Positions 12,558-24,720 of a stretch of 64,000 nt of DNA are shown here, in pieces. Location of the stretch: assembly GCF_004010195.1 (NCBI RefSeq), contig NC_057749.1, forward strand, positions 10,080,728-10,144,727, written 5' to 3'. How positions within the stretch are numbered: position 1 is the stretch's first letter; each line of letters begins with the position of its first letter. The notes under the pieces were generated by a model. It saw only the letters and a list, made by a program, of their open reading frames with translations. It was not told the DNA's origin and searched no databases. The position numbers and the translations under genes were made by a program. This stretch comes from Chiloscyllium plagiosum. Its lineage: Eukaryota.

Positions 12558-13658
12558 TAGTCTAGATCAGAATCTTTTCCAAGTACTCATTCCATCCCGA
12601 CCCCAGGCAAGAAGGGGAGAAACACTGATTTGAGGAATTCATGCTTTGGTTCTTTATTCGATTGCAATGCCAGATGTGCAGGCTGAGAAAGTATTAGCCT
12701 GAGGCGTATTCTTTACAGAAGCTGAAAACTGTTTGGGTGAATCTATCTTCTTTGCTTTTTTTTAAGTGCAAGTTATTTGAAACTGATCAATGCTGTCTTT
12801 GAAAGAGCAGCTATCAGGAGAATATTACACAAGCACAAGATTGTGGTAAATTCTGGACTTTAGTAGCTGAGCGTGGGGCTCTAAATGAAGGGAGTATTTT
12901 CTTTACTCATTTGTGGGACGTAGGCACCATTGGCTGGGCCCACCATTTATTACCCGTCCCTAATTGCCCCTTGAGAAAGTGGTGGTGAGCTGCCTTCTTG
13001 AACCGCTGCAGCCCACCTGCTGTGGGTTGATCCACAATGCCATTAGGGAGGGAATTCCAGGATTTTGACCCAGCCACAGTGAAAGAACAGTGATATATGT
13101 CAAAGTCAGGATGGTGAGTGGCTTGGAGGGGAACTTGAAGGGGGTAGTGTCTTCCCAAGTATCTGCTGCCTTGTCCTTCTATTTGGAGGTGGTCGTGGGT
13201 TTGAAAGATGCGGTCTCTTGGTGAATTTCCGCGGTGCATCTTGTAGATATCATGGTCATACTGTGCTCCACGAACTGTGGCCCCATTTCAGGACTTGGAA
13301 AATGTGGCAGCCTCTCTGTGAAACCGGCGAGATTGGTTGGGGAAAGGGGTACAGAGGAGCTCGGGTGTCTGTGAAAGTGAGGGGCCTGGTCTGGTAAAGT
13401 GGGAGCACAGCTGGAACAAATCTGTCAGAGCTCCATTAGAGCCCATACCAACGTTGCAGATTGGAACTCCAAGATTTGGGCAAGTGGCCCCCACTTGGGG
13501 CCCCAACCCCCACTTTGGGAAGCCCTGTTTCAATCAGAATCAATAAAATGGACCTTGGTGTATAAGGTTTAAGTGGTTCCAATGTGCACCAACTGTAGGA
13601 CAACAGTCGGAAATATGTGCCAGTTGCTCATCTCATGTTTTTGTCGCTTTTTATTTAG

Positions 13659-13950
13659 GTGGCCCACGGCCATAAACATGTTAGCTTCAAAGAAGGTGGA
13701 TGTGAACCCAATGATCACACATCGTTTCCCCTTGGACCAGGCCATTGAGGCATTTGAGTTGGTGAAGAAAGGTGGAGGACTCAAGGTGATGATTAATTGT
13801 GAGGAGCCAGAAAAGAAGGAACACAAACAGTCGAAATCACTGGAAGAATGTCAGAAACAGTGTCAGCAGCTTCTGCAGCAGTGTCAGCAACAGTGTCAGC
13901 AGATGCAGAAAGAACAGAAAGAGCATTGTGGGCGCACTGCTGGTCACTAA
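13659..13950 (+). CDS. SORD: SORD-like paralog A, terminal exon 9 with 49-aa Gln/Cys-rich extension
   Basis: tttag|G acceptor; [47 protein letters not shown] followed in frame by EEPEKK...[18 protein letters not shown]...GH*. Confidence 0.93.
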
Positions 13951-14041
13951 TGACCTTGCTTACCCCGCCCACAAGGTGTGACACATGCACAGTGCAGACC
14001 TGAGGGCTATGTTTTCAACAAATAGCTGTTTCCAAGTCTGT

Positions 14042-14047
14042 AATAAA
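14042..14047 (+). terminator. Candidate polyadenylation signal of paralog A
   Basis: AATAAA about 90 nt after the stop codon, followed by a GT-rich stretch (gtgtgttt). Confidence 0.6.
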
Positions 14048-14386
14048 CACTCTGATTGCATTTCTAAGATGTGTGTTTAGTAAAGCTTCATTGGTGCATC
14101 GTTTTCTCCAGTTCCCTAATCCAGTGGATAGTGAAGAAGGTGATCTCAAGAATACAATGGGACCTTGATCAGATGGGCCAAGGAGTGGCAGGTAGAGTTT
14201 AATTTAGATAAATCTGAGGTATTTTAGAAAGGCAAATCAGGCTGAACTGATACACTTAATGATAAAGTCCTGGGGAGTATTGCCGAATCGAGATCTTGGA
14301 TTGCAGGTTCATAGTTCCTTGAAAATGGAGTCACAGGATAGTGAATAAGGTGTTTAGTGCACTTGCCTTTATTGGTCACTGCATGA

Positions 14387-16270
14387 CATAGAACATAGAA
14401 CAGTACAGCACAGTACAGGCTGTACTGATGCGTGCCAGCCTTTTATCCTACTCTAAGATCAGACTAAACTACATACAACTTCCATGTGCCTAACCAGGAA
14501 TCGCTTAATTGTCCCTAATGTATCTGACTCCAATACCACTGCTGGCAGTGCATTCCACACACTCTCTGAGTAAAGAATCTACTTCTGACATCTCCCCTAA
14601 ACCTTCCTCCAATCATCTTAAAATTATGCTCCCTCATGATAGACATTTCCACCCTGGGAAATAATCTCTGGCTGTCCACTCTATCTATGCCTCTCTACAT
14701 CTCGTATACCTCTATCAGGTCACTTCTCATCCTTCTTCACTCCAATGAGAAAAGCTCTAGCTCCCTCAACCTGCCCTCCAGTCCAGGTAGCATCCTGGTA
14801 AATCTCCTCTGCACCATCTCTACAGCTTCCACATCCTTCCTATATTGAGGTGATCAGAACTGAACACAATATTCCAAGTGTGGTCTAACCAGGGCTCCGT
14901 AGAGCTGCATCATAACCTTGCGGCTCTTAAACGTAATCCCCCTGCTAATGAAAGCCAATACACCATATGCCTTCTTAACAATCCTATCAACTTGGGTGAC
15001 AACTTTGAGGGACCTTTGGATGTGAACCCCAAGATCCCTCTGTTCCTCTGCACTGCTAAGAATCCTGCCTTTACCACTGTATTCTGCATTCAAATTCGAC
15101 CTTCCGAAGTGAATCACTCCACACTTTTCCAGGTTGAACTCCCATCTGCCATTTCTCAGCCCAGTTCTGCATCCTGTCAATGTCCCATTACAACAGCCCT
15201 CCACATTATCCACAACTCCATCAACCTTTGTGTCATCAGCAAACCTACTAACCCACCATTCCACTTCCTTATCCAAGTCATTTATAAAAATCAAAAAGAA
15301 TAGAGCTCCTAGAACCGATACCTGCGGAACACCACTGGTCACCAAGCTCCAGACTGAATATTTCCCACATCCCACCACCCCTGTCTTCTATGGGACAGCC
15401 AATTCTGTATCCAGACAGCCAGATTTCCCTGTATCCCATGCCTCCTTGCTTTCTGAATGAGCCTACCATGGGGAACCTTATCAAACACCTTGCTAAAATC
15501 CACGTACACCACATCCACTGGTCTACCTTCAACATGTTTTGTCACATCCTCAAAGAATTCAATAAGGTTTGTGAGGCATGACCTGCCCTTCACAAAGCCA
15601 TGCTGACTATCCCTAATCAAACTATGATTATCCAAGTAATCATAAATCCTGTCTCTCAGAATCCCCACAAATAATTTGCCCACTACTGACATAAGACTGA
15701 CCAGTCTGTAATTCCCAGGAAAATCCCTATTCCCTTTCTTGAACAAGGGAATAACAAATGCCACCCTCCAATCAGTTAGCACTACTGTGGACAGTGAGAA
15801 CACAAAGACCATTGCCAAAGGCTTCCTGTAGTAACCTAGGGTACATCCCGTCTGGCCCAGGGATTTATTTATCCTTACTTTCTTCAAAATGTTTCAGCAC
15901 ATTCCCCTTCCTAATATCAACCTTTCGAGTATATCAGTCTGTTTCACGCTGTCCTCAGAAACATCAAGGTCCCTCTCTGTAGTGAATACTGAAACACGGT
16001 ATTCCTTAAGGACCTCCCCTACCTCCTCCAACTTCTGGCACAAGTTTCCCTCCACTATCTCTTATCAGGCCTACCCTCACTCTGATCATCCTCTTGTTCC
16101 TCACGTAAGTGTAGAATGTCTTAGGGTTTTCCTTAATCCTATCTGCTAAAGCTTTTTCATGCCCCCTTCTAGTTTTCCCAAGTGCATTCTTCAGTTCCTT
16201 CCTGGCTACCTTCTAACCCTGTAAAGCCCTATCTGATCCTTGCCTCTTCAACCTTAAGTAGGCTTCCTTC
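14387..16270 (-). mobile_element. CR1-type LINE, about 1.9 kb 5'-truncated copy (RT domain and tail), decayed
   Basis: QHGFVKGRSCLTNL, DFSKVFDKVPH, SGVPQ, FADDTK and RPHLEYCVQF motifs. Confidence 0.93.
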
Positions 16271-16294
16271 TGAGGAAACTCCTATTAAGTAAAG

Positions 16295-16870
16295 CAGTTG
16301 TGGCTATACAGGACATTGGTCAGGCCACTTTTAGAATACTGCATGCAATTCTGGTCTTCCTGCTATAGGAAGGATGTTGTGAAACTTGAAAGGGTTCAAA
16401 AAAGATTTACAAGGATGTTGCCAGGGTTGGACAGTTTGAGTTATAGGGAGAGATTGAATAGGCTGGGGCTATTTCCGCTGGAGTATTGAGGTGGAGGGGT
16501 GAGAGGTTTATAAAATCATGAGGGCATGGATAGGGAGAATAGCCAAGGTCTTTTTACCCAGGTTGGAGGATTGCAAAACTAGAGGACATAGGTTTAAGGT
16601 GAGAGGGGAAAGTTTTAAAAGGGACCTAAGGGGCAACTTTCTCTGGTAGAGGGTGGTATGTGTATAGAATGAGCTGCCAGAGGAAGTGCTAGTGACTGGT
16701 TCAATGACAACATTTAAAAGGCATCTGATGGGTATATGAATGGGAAGGGTTGAGAGGGATATGGGCCAAGTGCTGGCAACTGGGACTAGATTAATTTATG
16801 ACATTTGGTTGGCATGGACAAGTTAGACCGAAGGGTCTGCTTCTGTGCTGTACTTCTCAATGACTCTCTG
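16295..16870 (+). mobile_element. CR1-type LINE 3' end
   Basis: LVRPLLEYCMQFWS...LERVQKRFTRMLP followed by the conserved tail. Confidence 0.9.
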
Positions 16871-17486
16871 ACAGTCCATTTGCAGGTGCAGGATGAGCTT
16901 TGATAGTCGCTCAGATGCTACACTACTTGTTTTTATCTGTCTTTATTGTAAAAGGAAAATTGACAAAAAGTTCCCATTTAAGTGAAAAATGAGCCATTAT
17001 GCCTGGTGCCTCAGCTTTTTAAATAAAATGAAGATTGATGGGATCAACAAGGCAGGAATTTGAAACGAATGATAAAACACTGCAGATGCTGAAAGACAGC
17101 TGGAGCCAAATGGCCGGGTGGACATTCAAAGTTCCACTTCAGAGATGCTTGCATTAAAACCAAATGCACTCATGTCACAGACTCGGGCAGAAAACAGCTG
17201 ACAACTGACGAAAGGTCACCTGTGGACTGACATCCGCCACTGTTTGGACCAGCAGTTTGGCAATGCCAACATGGAAAAATGGCAAGCCCTGTAAACCACT
17301 CTTCAGATAGAGCACGTAGGGCGGAAAGCTATCTCCCATGGATGGTCTCCATCCACCACATCATCTGAAGCCAACCCACGTCCTGAATGGATTTAATCTG
17401 TTGCCTATTCCTGGTTGGTGGAAGAATGTTAGAGACAGCAGCAGATACTGGAAATCTGAACAGGAAATCTGAGCAGGAAATGAAGG

Positions 17487-17788
17487 GTGGCACAGTGGTT
17501 AGCACTGCTGCCTCACAATGTCAGGGACCCGGGTTCAACTCCAGCTTTGGACAGAGTGTGTCCATCCTCCCCGTGTCTGTGCAGGTTTCCTCCCACAGTC
17601 CAAAGATGCACTGGATAAGTGGAGTGGCTGTATTAAATTGCCCATAGTGACCAGGGAAGGTGCAGGCTGGGTGGATTAGCCATGGGAAATGTGGGGATAG
17701 GACAGGAGTCTGGATGGGATGCACTTCAAAGGGTCAGCATGAATTCAATGGGCTGAATGGCCTGCTTCCACACTGTGGGGATTGTATG
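17487..17788 (+). mobile_element. HE1/V-SINE-like SINE
   Basis: tRNA-like head (gtggttagcactgctgcctcac...gggttcaactcc), conserved central domain and tail. Confidence 0.85.
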
Positions 17789-19473
17789 AAAAGTTAGATA
17801 TGAAAGTCACTATTGTCCTTGAGGCTGCTCTCTCATCAGAGATAGAAAGATATAGCTGGTGGTGAGATTGACCCTGAGGGTCTCCATATGCCATTCACGG
17901 GGACCTCAGCCAGTTCAGGAATTGAATGAACCCATGCTGGTTGTATTACTCTGCATTGCCATCCAGCCAACTGACTCCCATAAATGGTCAGAGGGGAAAG
18001 GTTAAGAGATGCAAAAGATTCAAAGCAACTGTTGGTAGTGGGGAGGGTCCAAGCTAAAAAAAATCCTGTGCTGGGTTTTGATGTAAATGACAACATGAAT
18101 GATGGGGGAAGGCAACTGGAGGGGATAGTTTGGGGAGAGAGGTGGGACAAATAAGGTAGTGAAAGGTACGTTGAGTGGAGCTCTGACTGCCGGGAACAGA
18201 TACATTGCCAGCACTGGTGTGAAAATTGGGAGCAGTGTTTATGATCTCAGCTCATGAAAGACATAATCTTTACTCCAGATGTCTTATAGTTATTGAGAAA
18301 GGACAGACTCAGCTTTCAAACTCAGTCATGTCTGAAACAAAAGGCTCAAGGAGGTCAAACTATCTGAGATCATTCGGTAAGTCTGCCTGTGTAATAACTT
18401 GTATTAGTTAGACCTCTATACAGGACTGTACAGTGCTTAAAAAAATGATACCCACTCTTCAAAAAAAAAGCTGACCTCATTAATGTTCAACTTACTATCT
18501 TACCAAATGTGCCAAATAAGCTAGATGTCAAAAATCACTGCATGGAAATCAGTGCGGGGGCCCTGGCAATTTCAGCTCGCTACTTGCTCCAAAAGAGCTC
18601 TGTGTTGCTTAAGCCCAACGCATCTCTACATGATCTACAGACACCAACTGCTTGTTGACAGGCATGGACTGGAATCTGGTGTTTGCCAACCCCTCATTGT
18701 ACCTCCCCAATACACCTGCAGGCTAATTAGGAAGCACAGGCAGGCTGAGTCTTGACTCAATTTCATTGAATAAGGCAATTATTTTGAGGGAGTTAATGTT
18801 CATGTTATTATGGACTCTACCCATTCTGCTGATATTACATTCAGCCAGTAGTTGAGACAAGTTTTCTGAGGGAGCATGTGTATCTGTACCAGCTCCCTAA
18901 GGTGCTAGCCATTCTACCTGTCCAAATATAGTTGTGCTTATTGCTATCATGCAACAAACGTTCTTGCTATCCCTGAAACTGCCTCTTCTGTAGACACCCT
19001 ACAGTAATGTATCCTTGACCATTAATCCTTGACCCAAAATAAACCAAAGACATGGGGATTGGTGGCACTGAACCAACACATTCTGGCAGAGGGGGCAAAT
19101 ACAACAAGATGCCAGCAATGGTCATCTAGGAAAGTGTCACAAATTCCATGAGGGTACCGACTTGGAATCTGATCAAGTCTCCACATAAATGAGTATGAAT
19201 GTAAAGAAGGTTACATTAGTACAGTGTGATTCCCTTTGACAGATTTGGAGCAGTCATAAGACATTTCATTGCATCTATAAAAAGGGACCTGACCTGCTGT
19301 CCTGTATGCTCAGTGAAGCATTTTACTGTTTATTTTGAATTAATTTTTCTGAAGCCAGGTATTTACTTTACCTCCTTGGCACCAGTTTTGAACTACTTTC
19401 CCACAAAGCAAAGGAGGGACACTAGCTCTGGGACCTTCCACAGAAACTGTGCACTCGTCCTCCAGCCAAAGGG

Positions 19474-19783
19474 AGCTTAGTGGTTTGCAACTGCTGCCTC
19501 ACAATCCCATGGACCTGGGTTAAATCCCACCCTTGGGCCACTGTCTGTGCGCAGTTTGCTCACTCTTCCCCATGTCTGTGTGGGGGCTTCCTCCAGGAGA
19601 TCCGGTTCCCTCCCACATTCCGAAGATGTGCAGGTTAGGTGGATTGGCCATGCTAAATTGCCCGATAGTGTGTAGGCTAGGTGAGTTAGCCATGGGAAAT
19701 GCAGGATTACAAGGTATGGGTGGGATGCTCTATGGAGGATCGGTGTGGGCCTAGTGACCTGCCTCTACACTGTAGGGATTCTA
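19474..19783 (+). mobile_element. HE1/V-SINE-like SINE
   Basis: Same consensus as the other SINE copies. Confidence 0.85.
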
Positions 19784-21419
19784 AGAAAGAATATCATGAT
19801 TTCTCAGTGTTTAAGACTGAGGAACAAGAAGGTTCTGTTGATGTCAAAGACACAGTTTTCACAATGTTTGACTCAAACAATTGAGCCAATTTGAAAACCT
19901 CTTTAGTTAATGAATAAAGAGTAGGGTTCAAGCACTCCAAACAATCAGTTTTGTTATTATAAAATAGTATTGATTTTGTCTTACTCATAACCCAAAGTAA
20001 ACTGAATGTACCTTAAAATAGATACACAGGTCATGAGATAGTGGTAACTTTAAATAGACCGTGTTATGTTTCTTCCTGTAGTCTCCGTGCTCCACAATAT
20101 GTTTAGTACAGAGTTTCTATCATCCCCATCCAGAACCCCAACACCAGCAGTCCTTCCACCTCCCAAAAAAATCCAATCCTTCCCATCATTTCAATTCCAC
20201 TGAAATCTTAATTCTCCTTAATCCCACTTTGTGTATTCCTGTGCTTTCGAGTGCAGAAATTCAGAGTATTTCAAACAGATTCTTGAGCCTGTATTGGAAA
20301 TGTCAAACCCTATGAGCGATAGATTGTTCACAAACAAGACCAGGAGTGACCAGTTTCGGTAGCTGTTGATTATGCTGTTGACGCGGATCCACTGCGTGCC
20401 CTTGACACTGTTATTACTCCTTACGTTGCACAATACTTTAGGGAGTCAAACATTTCATCCATTGTCTTGTTCCAGTAGGAAAGCGATGTATGAATGATTG
20501 CACATCTGCTGGAACATATTTGAAACCAACTTGTTAGTTGCATTGGACAGCTAGAATGGTAACAAAGAGAAAGAGACTGGCACCACACAAATGCCAGCCA
20601 ATGACCATCTTCAGCCAGCGAACATCCAACTCGGTATATAGGAACAGGTGGATGGAAAAGTGTTCCAAATATCTATAACCCTTTATGTGTAGAAGATTTT
20701 ATAAACATCTATAAGGTCACCCCATAATCTCCAACGCTTTTTTCACTGGAGTGATAGAGATTGAGGAGTGACCTTAAAGAGGTTTATAAAATCATGAGGA
20801 GCATTGATAAGGTGAATGGCGGGTGTCTTTTCCTTCAGGTGGGGGATTTCAAGACTGGTGGGGGTGGGGTGGGAGGTGTTAAGGTGAGAGGAGAAAGATT
20901 TTAAAAAGATTTAAGGGCAATTTCGGGCAGGAGCCCTTCATCGGGAAAGGCTTAATGGCCTACTGCTGTTCCTATTTTCTGCATCCCCATAGGTTTAAAT
21001 TTTAGATAAGAAGTATCAATTTACACTATCTTGAATTGTTGATTTTACTTTAACTTCTCCATTCTCCTACTGCTGTCCTCTGGTAATGGGGATAAAGAAA
21101 CTGCTGGAGAGCCTGAGGAAAATTGATAGAAAGAACAGCACAGATTGGTTCAATATTGTTCTGATACAAGTTCATCAACCTCAAAGTTTTAACTCTGTTT
21201 CTTTCCACAAATGTTGTCCAACCTGTTGAGTTATTTTTAAACCCTTCTATTTCAAAAGAAACCTGAGCTTAATTCCCCTTTCCTGTTTCTGCAGTATGCT
21301 TCCAATATTGCTTCCATGTCCATAAATGTAAAAGTCGCCACAGTCCTACGAGATCATTGGGCTGCTTTCTCAGAGAAAGACAACTCACAAAAGAATATAG
21401 GTCAACGACTGTAAAATTA

Positions 21420-21921
21420 TTTTGAGAAGATTTGTAGCTCAGGTTGAGGTTCTGCGTATAAGTTTGCTCACTGAACTGGAAGGTTCGTTTTCAGGTGTTT
21501 TATCACCATACTAGGTAACATCATTAGTGAGCCTCCAGTAGAGCACTGGTGTTATTGACCCAGTTTATTTATGTATTTAGGTTTCCTTGGGTTGGTGATG
21601 TTATTTCCTGTCCTTTTTCTCAGAGGGTGGTAAATGAGTCCAAGTTGGTGTGTTTACTGATATTTGGACCCCATTTACCACCCTCCGAGAAAAAAACAGG
21701 AAATGACATCACAACAGGAAATGACATCACCACACAAAATTCCATCACCAACCCAAGGAAACCTAAACACATAAGGAGAAAGTGGGTCACGAACACCAGT
21801 GCTTCACTGGAGGCTCACTGATGATGTTACCTAGTATGGTGATGAAACATCTGAAAACCTAGTATGGTGATGAAACATCTGAAAATGAACCTTCCAGCTC
21901 AGCAAGCAAACTTACATCCAG
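21420..21921. mobile_element. PLE 3'-end fragments in inverted arrangement, with a degenerate hammerhead motif
   Basis: 21420-21650 is the reverse complement of 21662-21921; same family as 32628-34218 (gagaagatttgtagctc terminus). Confidence 0.8.
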
Positions 21922-22089
21922 GTAGGAAATTGAGGTTAGAATAGGTAGTTGTTTTTAAGTGGGACTGATACAATATGCTGAATGGCCTCTTTGCCGCTGT
22001 GGATCTTTGTGACTGCTGGTGGTTTAGCCTGGGGGTAACCATGGCTCAGTTCCCAAATTGGCTGAGGTTACCCCGAAGGCTGTTACAGC

Positions 22090-22762
22090 AAGGATATTAT
22101 AAAACTGGAGAGAGTTCATACAATATTTACCAGGATGTTCTGGAAATGGAGAATTTAAGTTATAAAAATAGTCTGGATAGGCTGGGATTATTTTCACTGG
22201 AACATAGGAGTTGAGGGATGACCTTATTGAGGCTTTTAAAATCATGAGGGGCATGGATAAGGTGAACAGCAGGTGTCTTTTCCCTCGAAGCTTGGGGGAC
22301 ATATTTTTAAGGTGAGAGGAGAAAGGAGACTGAGGACCTTTTTTTTACACAGTGAGTGGCTCAGATGTGGAATGAACTGTGAGAGGAAGTGGTGGATATA
22401 GGTACAGTTACAACATTTAAAAGACATTTGGACAGGTGTGTGAACAGGAATGGTTTGTCCCCCAACCAGACCACCCTGGGTGTGCCCCGGATGTAGGTCA
22501 GTGACTCCCATTGTCTGTACTGGTTTGGGATAGTGACTCACCCGGATGTGACCAGTGCCGACATCGAATCTACTGGGCTGTGCCCAGAGTGGTCATCAGG
22601 TCCATGACTGCCCGCTTGCATGTCACTGTGCCTGCAGGCTATTGTGGCACAGTGTGGGTCTGAGAGTAAAGGCAGGCGGGTGTGACTAGTTTGAGAACAT
22701 AGTAAGCATGGACTATTTGGACCAAAGTGTCTGCTTCTGTGCAGCATGACTCTATGACTCTC
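22090..22762 (+). mobile_element. CR1-type LINE 3' end interrupted by a non-LINE segment at 22459-22668
   Basis: LSYKNSLDRLGLFSLE and tail ending gactctatgactct. Confidence 0.8.
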
Positions 22763-23339
22763 CTTCTCAACTTCTCACCTTGCCTAAGGCATGGTGACCC
22801 CCACAGGTTAAACCACCATCATTGAATCCACACTATAGGTGCAAAATACTGCAGATGCTGGAATCTGTACTGAAAACAATAAATGCTGGTGATCACAGCG
22901 GTGGCATCCATGCAGAGACAGCAAGCTGAAGTTTCGAGTCTCGATGGCTCTTCATCAGAGCTGAAGCGTGGAGGGGACAGCACTTATGCGATATTCCAGG
23001 GGAGGGGGTGGGTGTAGGGTGCTGACTCACACTGTTGGCATTACGCAGCAGTGCAAACGAGGCGTCCGGCCAACTGAACTAACCAACATCCCCGCCCCAA
23101 AGTTCGATACACGTTCCACCCGGAAATGCAAATGTCCTCCCCCATCTTCTTGTTACTGCACGGAATGACTTGAGCAAGCATGGAACTGCAAATCATGATC
23201 AAAAGAACTAAATGGATCAGTTGATGAAGGAGAATCAAGGCAAGTATTTGTTCCCTCTAATACAGCTGGAAGGCGATTGAGACTGAGCCCCTCTTCAAGT
23301 GACAGTTATTGTAACAATTACTTATGATTGACAGGGAAA

Positions 23340-23720
23340 CCGACCAATGAGGAGCGGGGGTGCTGTAGCTCTGGTCCTATTGGGGAGTCGTGACCAATCA
23401 GGGTGTGAGTAGGGTCTGGCTGGCCGGCAACTACTGGATGGTGCAGGGGTTCCGGGCAGTTTCGGCTCTTACCCTGAGACACAGAGGGAACACACACACA
23501 CACACAGCTCCCGGTAAAGGAATTGCTGTAGCGCAGCTACTGCCCGCGGGCCCCACTCTCACCCGCGCCTCCTGCCCCAGCTTTGTGGGACCGCTGCCGT
23601 TGTTCGGGGGCGGCCGGACAGGGCGGAAACTCTCCTGCCCCCAGTCCTTGTGTCTGGGGCACCCTTTCACCGCGATGGTGCTCAGTGTGGGTCACTGAAC
23701 TCTCATCCCGACGCCTCGGA
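23340..23720 (+). promoter_or_regulatory. CpG-enriched CCAAT-box promoter with candidate non-coding first exon (donor CCG|GTAAAG at 23513/23514), probably for paralog B
   Basis: CCAAT 23344-23348, ATTGG 23379-23383, CCAAT 23394-23398 (GACCAATGAG and GACCAATCAG NF-Y-like contexts); GGGCGG boxes; locally high CpG in a CpG-poor window. Confidence 0.6.
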
Positions 23721-23749
23721 TTACGTCCAGTATTGGTCAGTGATTTCCC

Positions 23750-24720
23750 TCCTCCCCTGGATTGTGCCCACGGTTGGTCAGTGATCCTTACTCCCCCGGA
23801 TTGTGCCCACGGTGGGTCAGTGACCCCCCCACTCTTCCCCTGGATTGTACTCAGGGTGGGTCAGCTAACTTTGTCCCCTCATCCCGGATTATGCCCACAG
23901 TGGGTCAGTGATCCTTACTCCCCTGGATTGTGCCCACGGTGGGTCAGTGACCCCACACCATACCCCTGGATTGTACTCAGGGTAGGTCAGTTAACCTTGC
24001 CCCCTCACCCTGGAATGTGCCCACAGTGGGTCAGTGATCCCCACTCCCCTGGATTGTGCTCACAGTGGGTCAGTGATCCCAACTTCCCTGGAATGTGCCC
24101 ACAGTGGGTCGTGAACCTTGCCCTCTCACCCTGGATTGTGCCCACAGTGGGTCAGTAATCCCCACTCCCCTGGATTGTGCCCACAGTGGGTCAGTGAGCC
24201 TTGCCCACTCCCCTGTATTGTGCCCACGGTGGGTCAGTGAACCTTAGCCCACCCTTCTGGATTGTGCCTATGGTGCATCAGTGAACTTTGCCCCCCCTTC
24301 CCAGATTGTGCCTACAGTGGGTCAGTGAAACTTCCCCCTCCCTCAGATTGTGCCCACAGTGGGTCAGTGAACCTTTCCCCTTCCCCCAGATTGTGGCCGC
24401 TTTGAGTCAGAAATTCATTTAGAATGTGCTTTGTATGTGGCAATGAACCTCACCCCCACCCTGGTTTGTGCCCACTGTGGGTCAGCAATGGTTTTGCCCC
24501 TCTCAGCAATGATTTTGCCAGTGTGGGTCAGTTAACCCCGAGAATTTGCCCAACAGTGGGGGCCAATGAGTTCCATCCCACACACCCCTACCCTACGATG
24601 CCCAGTGTGGGTCAGTTCCCCCAACCAGAGTACTCTGGGTGTGCCCTTTGTGGGTCCGTTAGTCCCCTGGATGGCACCCAGTGTGGGTCAGTGACTCTCA
24701 TTGTCTGTGCTGGTGCAGGT
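23750..24720. repeat. Minisatellite, 39-42-bp unit (ctggattgtgcccacagtgggtcagtga...ccc), degenerating 3'-ward
   Basis: Repeated gtgcccacagtgggtcagtga core; well conserved to about 24400, then decayed. Confidence 0.88.

Larger units (their letters stand above)
607..13950 (+). other. SORD: Gene span: SORD-like paralog A, 5'-truncated by the window edge (coding exons 6-9)
   Basis: Four GT-AG exons with the phases and sizes expected for vertebrate SORD exons 6-9 splice into one open frame ending TAA at 13950. Confidence 0.93.

Noticed and set aside
607..13950. Copy A as a pseudogene or a haplotype-duplication artefact of copy B
   Set aside because: All visible exons are in frame with canonical splice sites, and about 30-35% protein divergence in the exons counted excludes allelic duplication. 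Exons 1-5 are outside the window, so functionality is not proven.
17487..17560. tRNA-like A/B box sequences here and at other SINE heads
   Set aside because: They are SINE 5' heads joined to SINE bodies, not stand-alone tRNA genes.
20218..20551. Non-repetitive minus-strand segment after a good polypyrimidine/AG acceptor, with a 71-aa ORF
   Set aside because: All three frames from the acceptor hit stops, and I recognise no protein family. It could be a non-coding exon or a decayed gene, but BLASTX or RNA-seq is needed.
23583..24158. 191-aa ORF with repeated CPQWVSD
   Set aside because: Translation of the 39-42-bp minisatellite; no splice or homology support.
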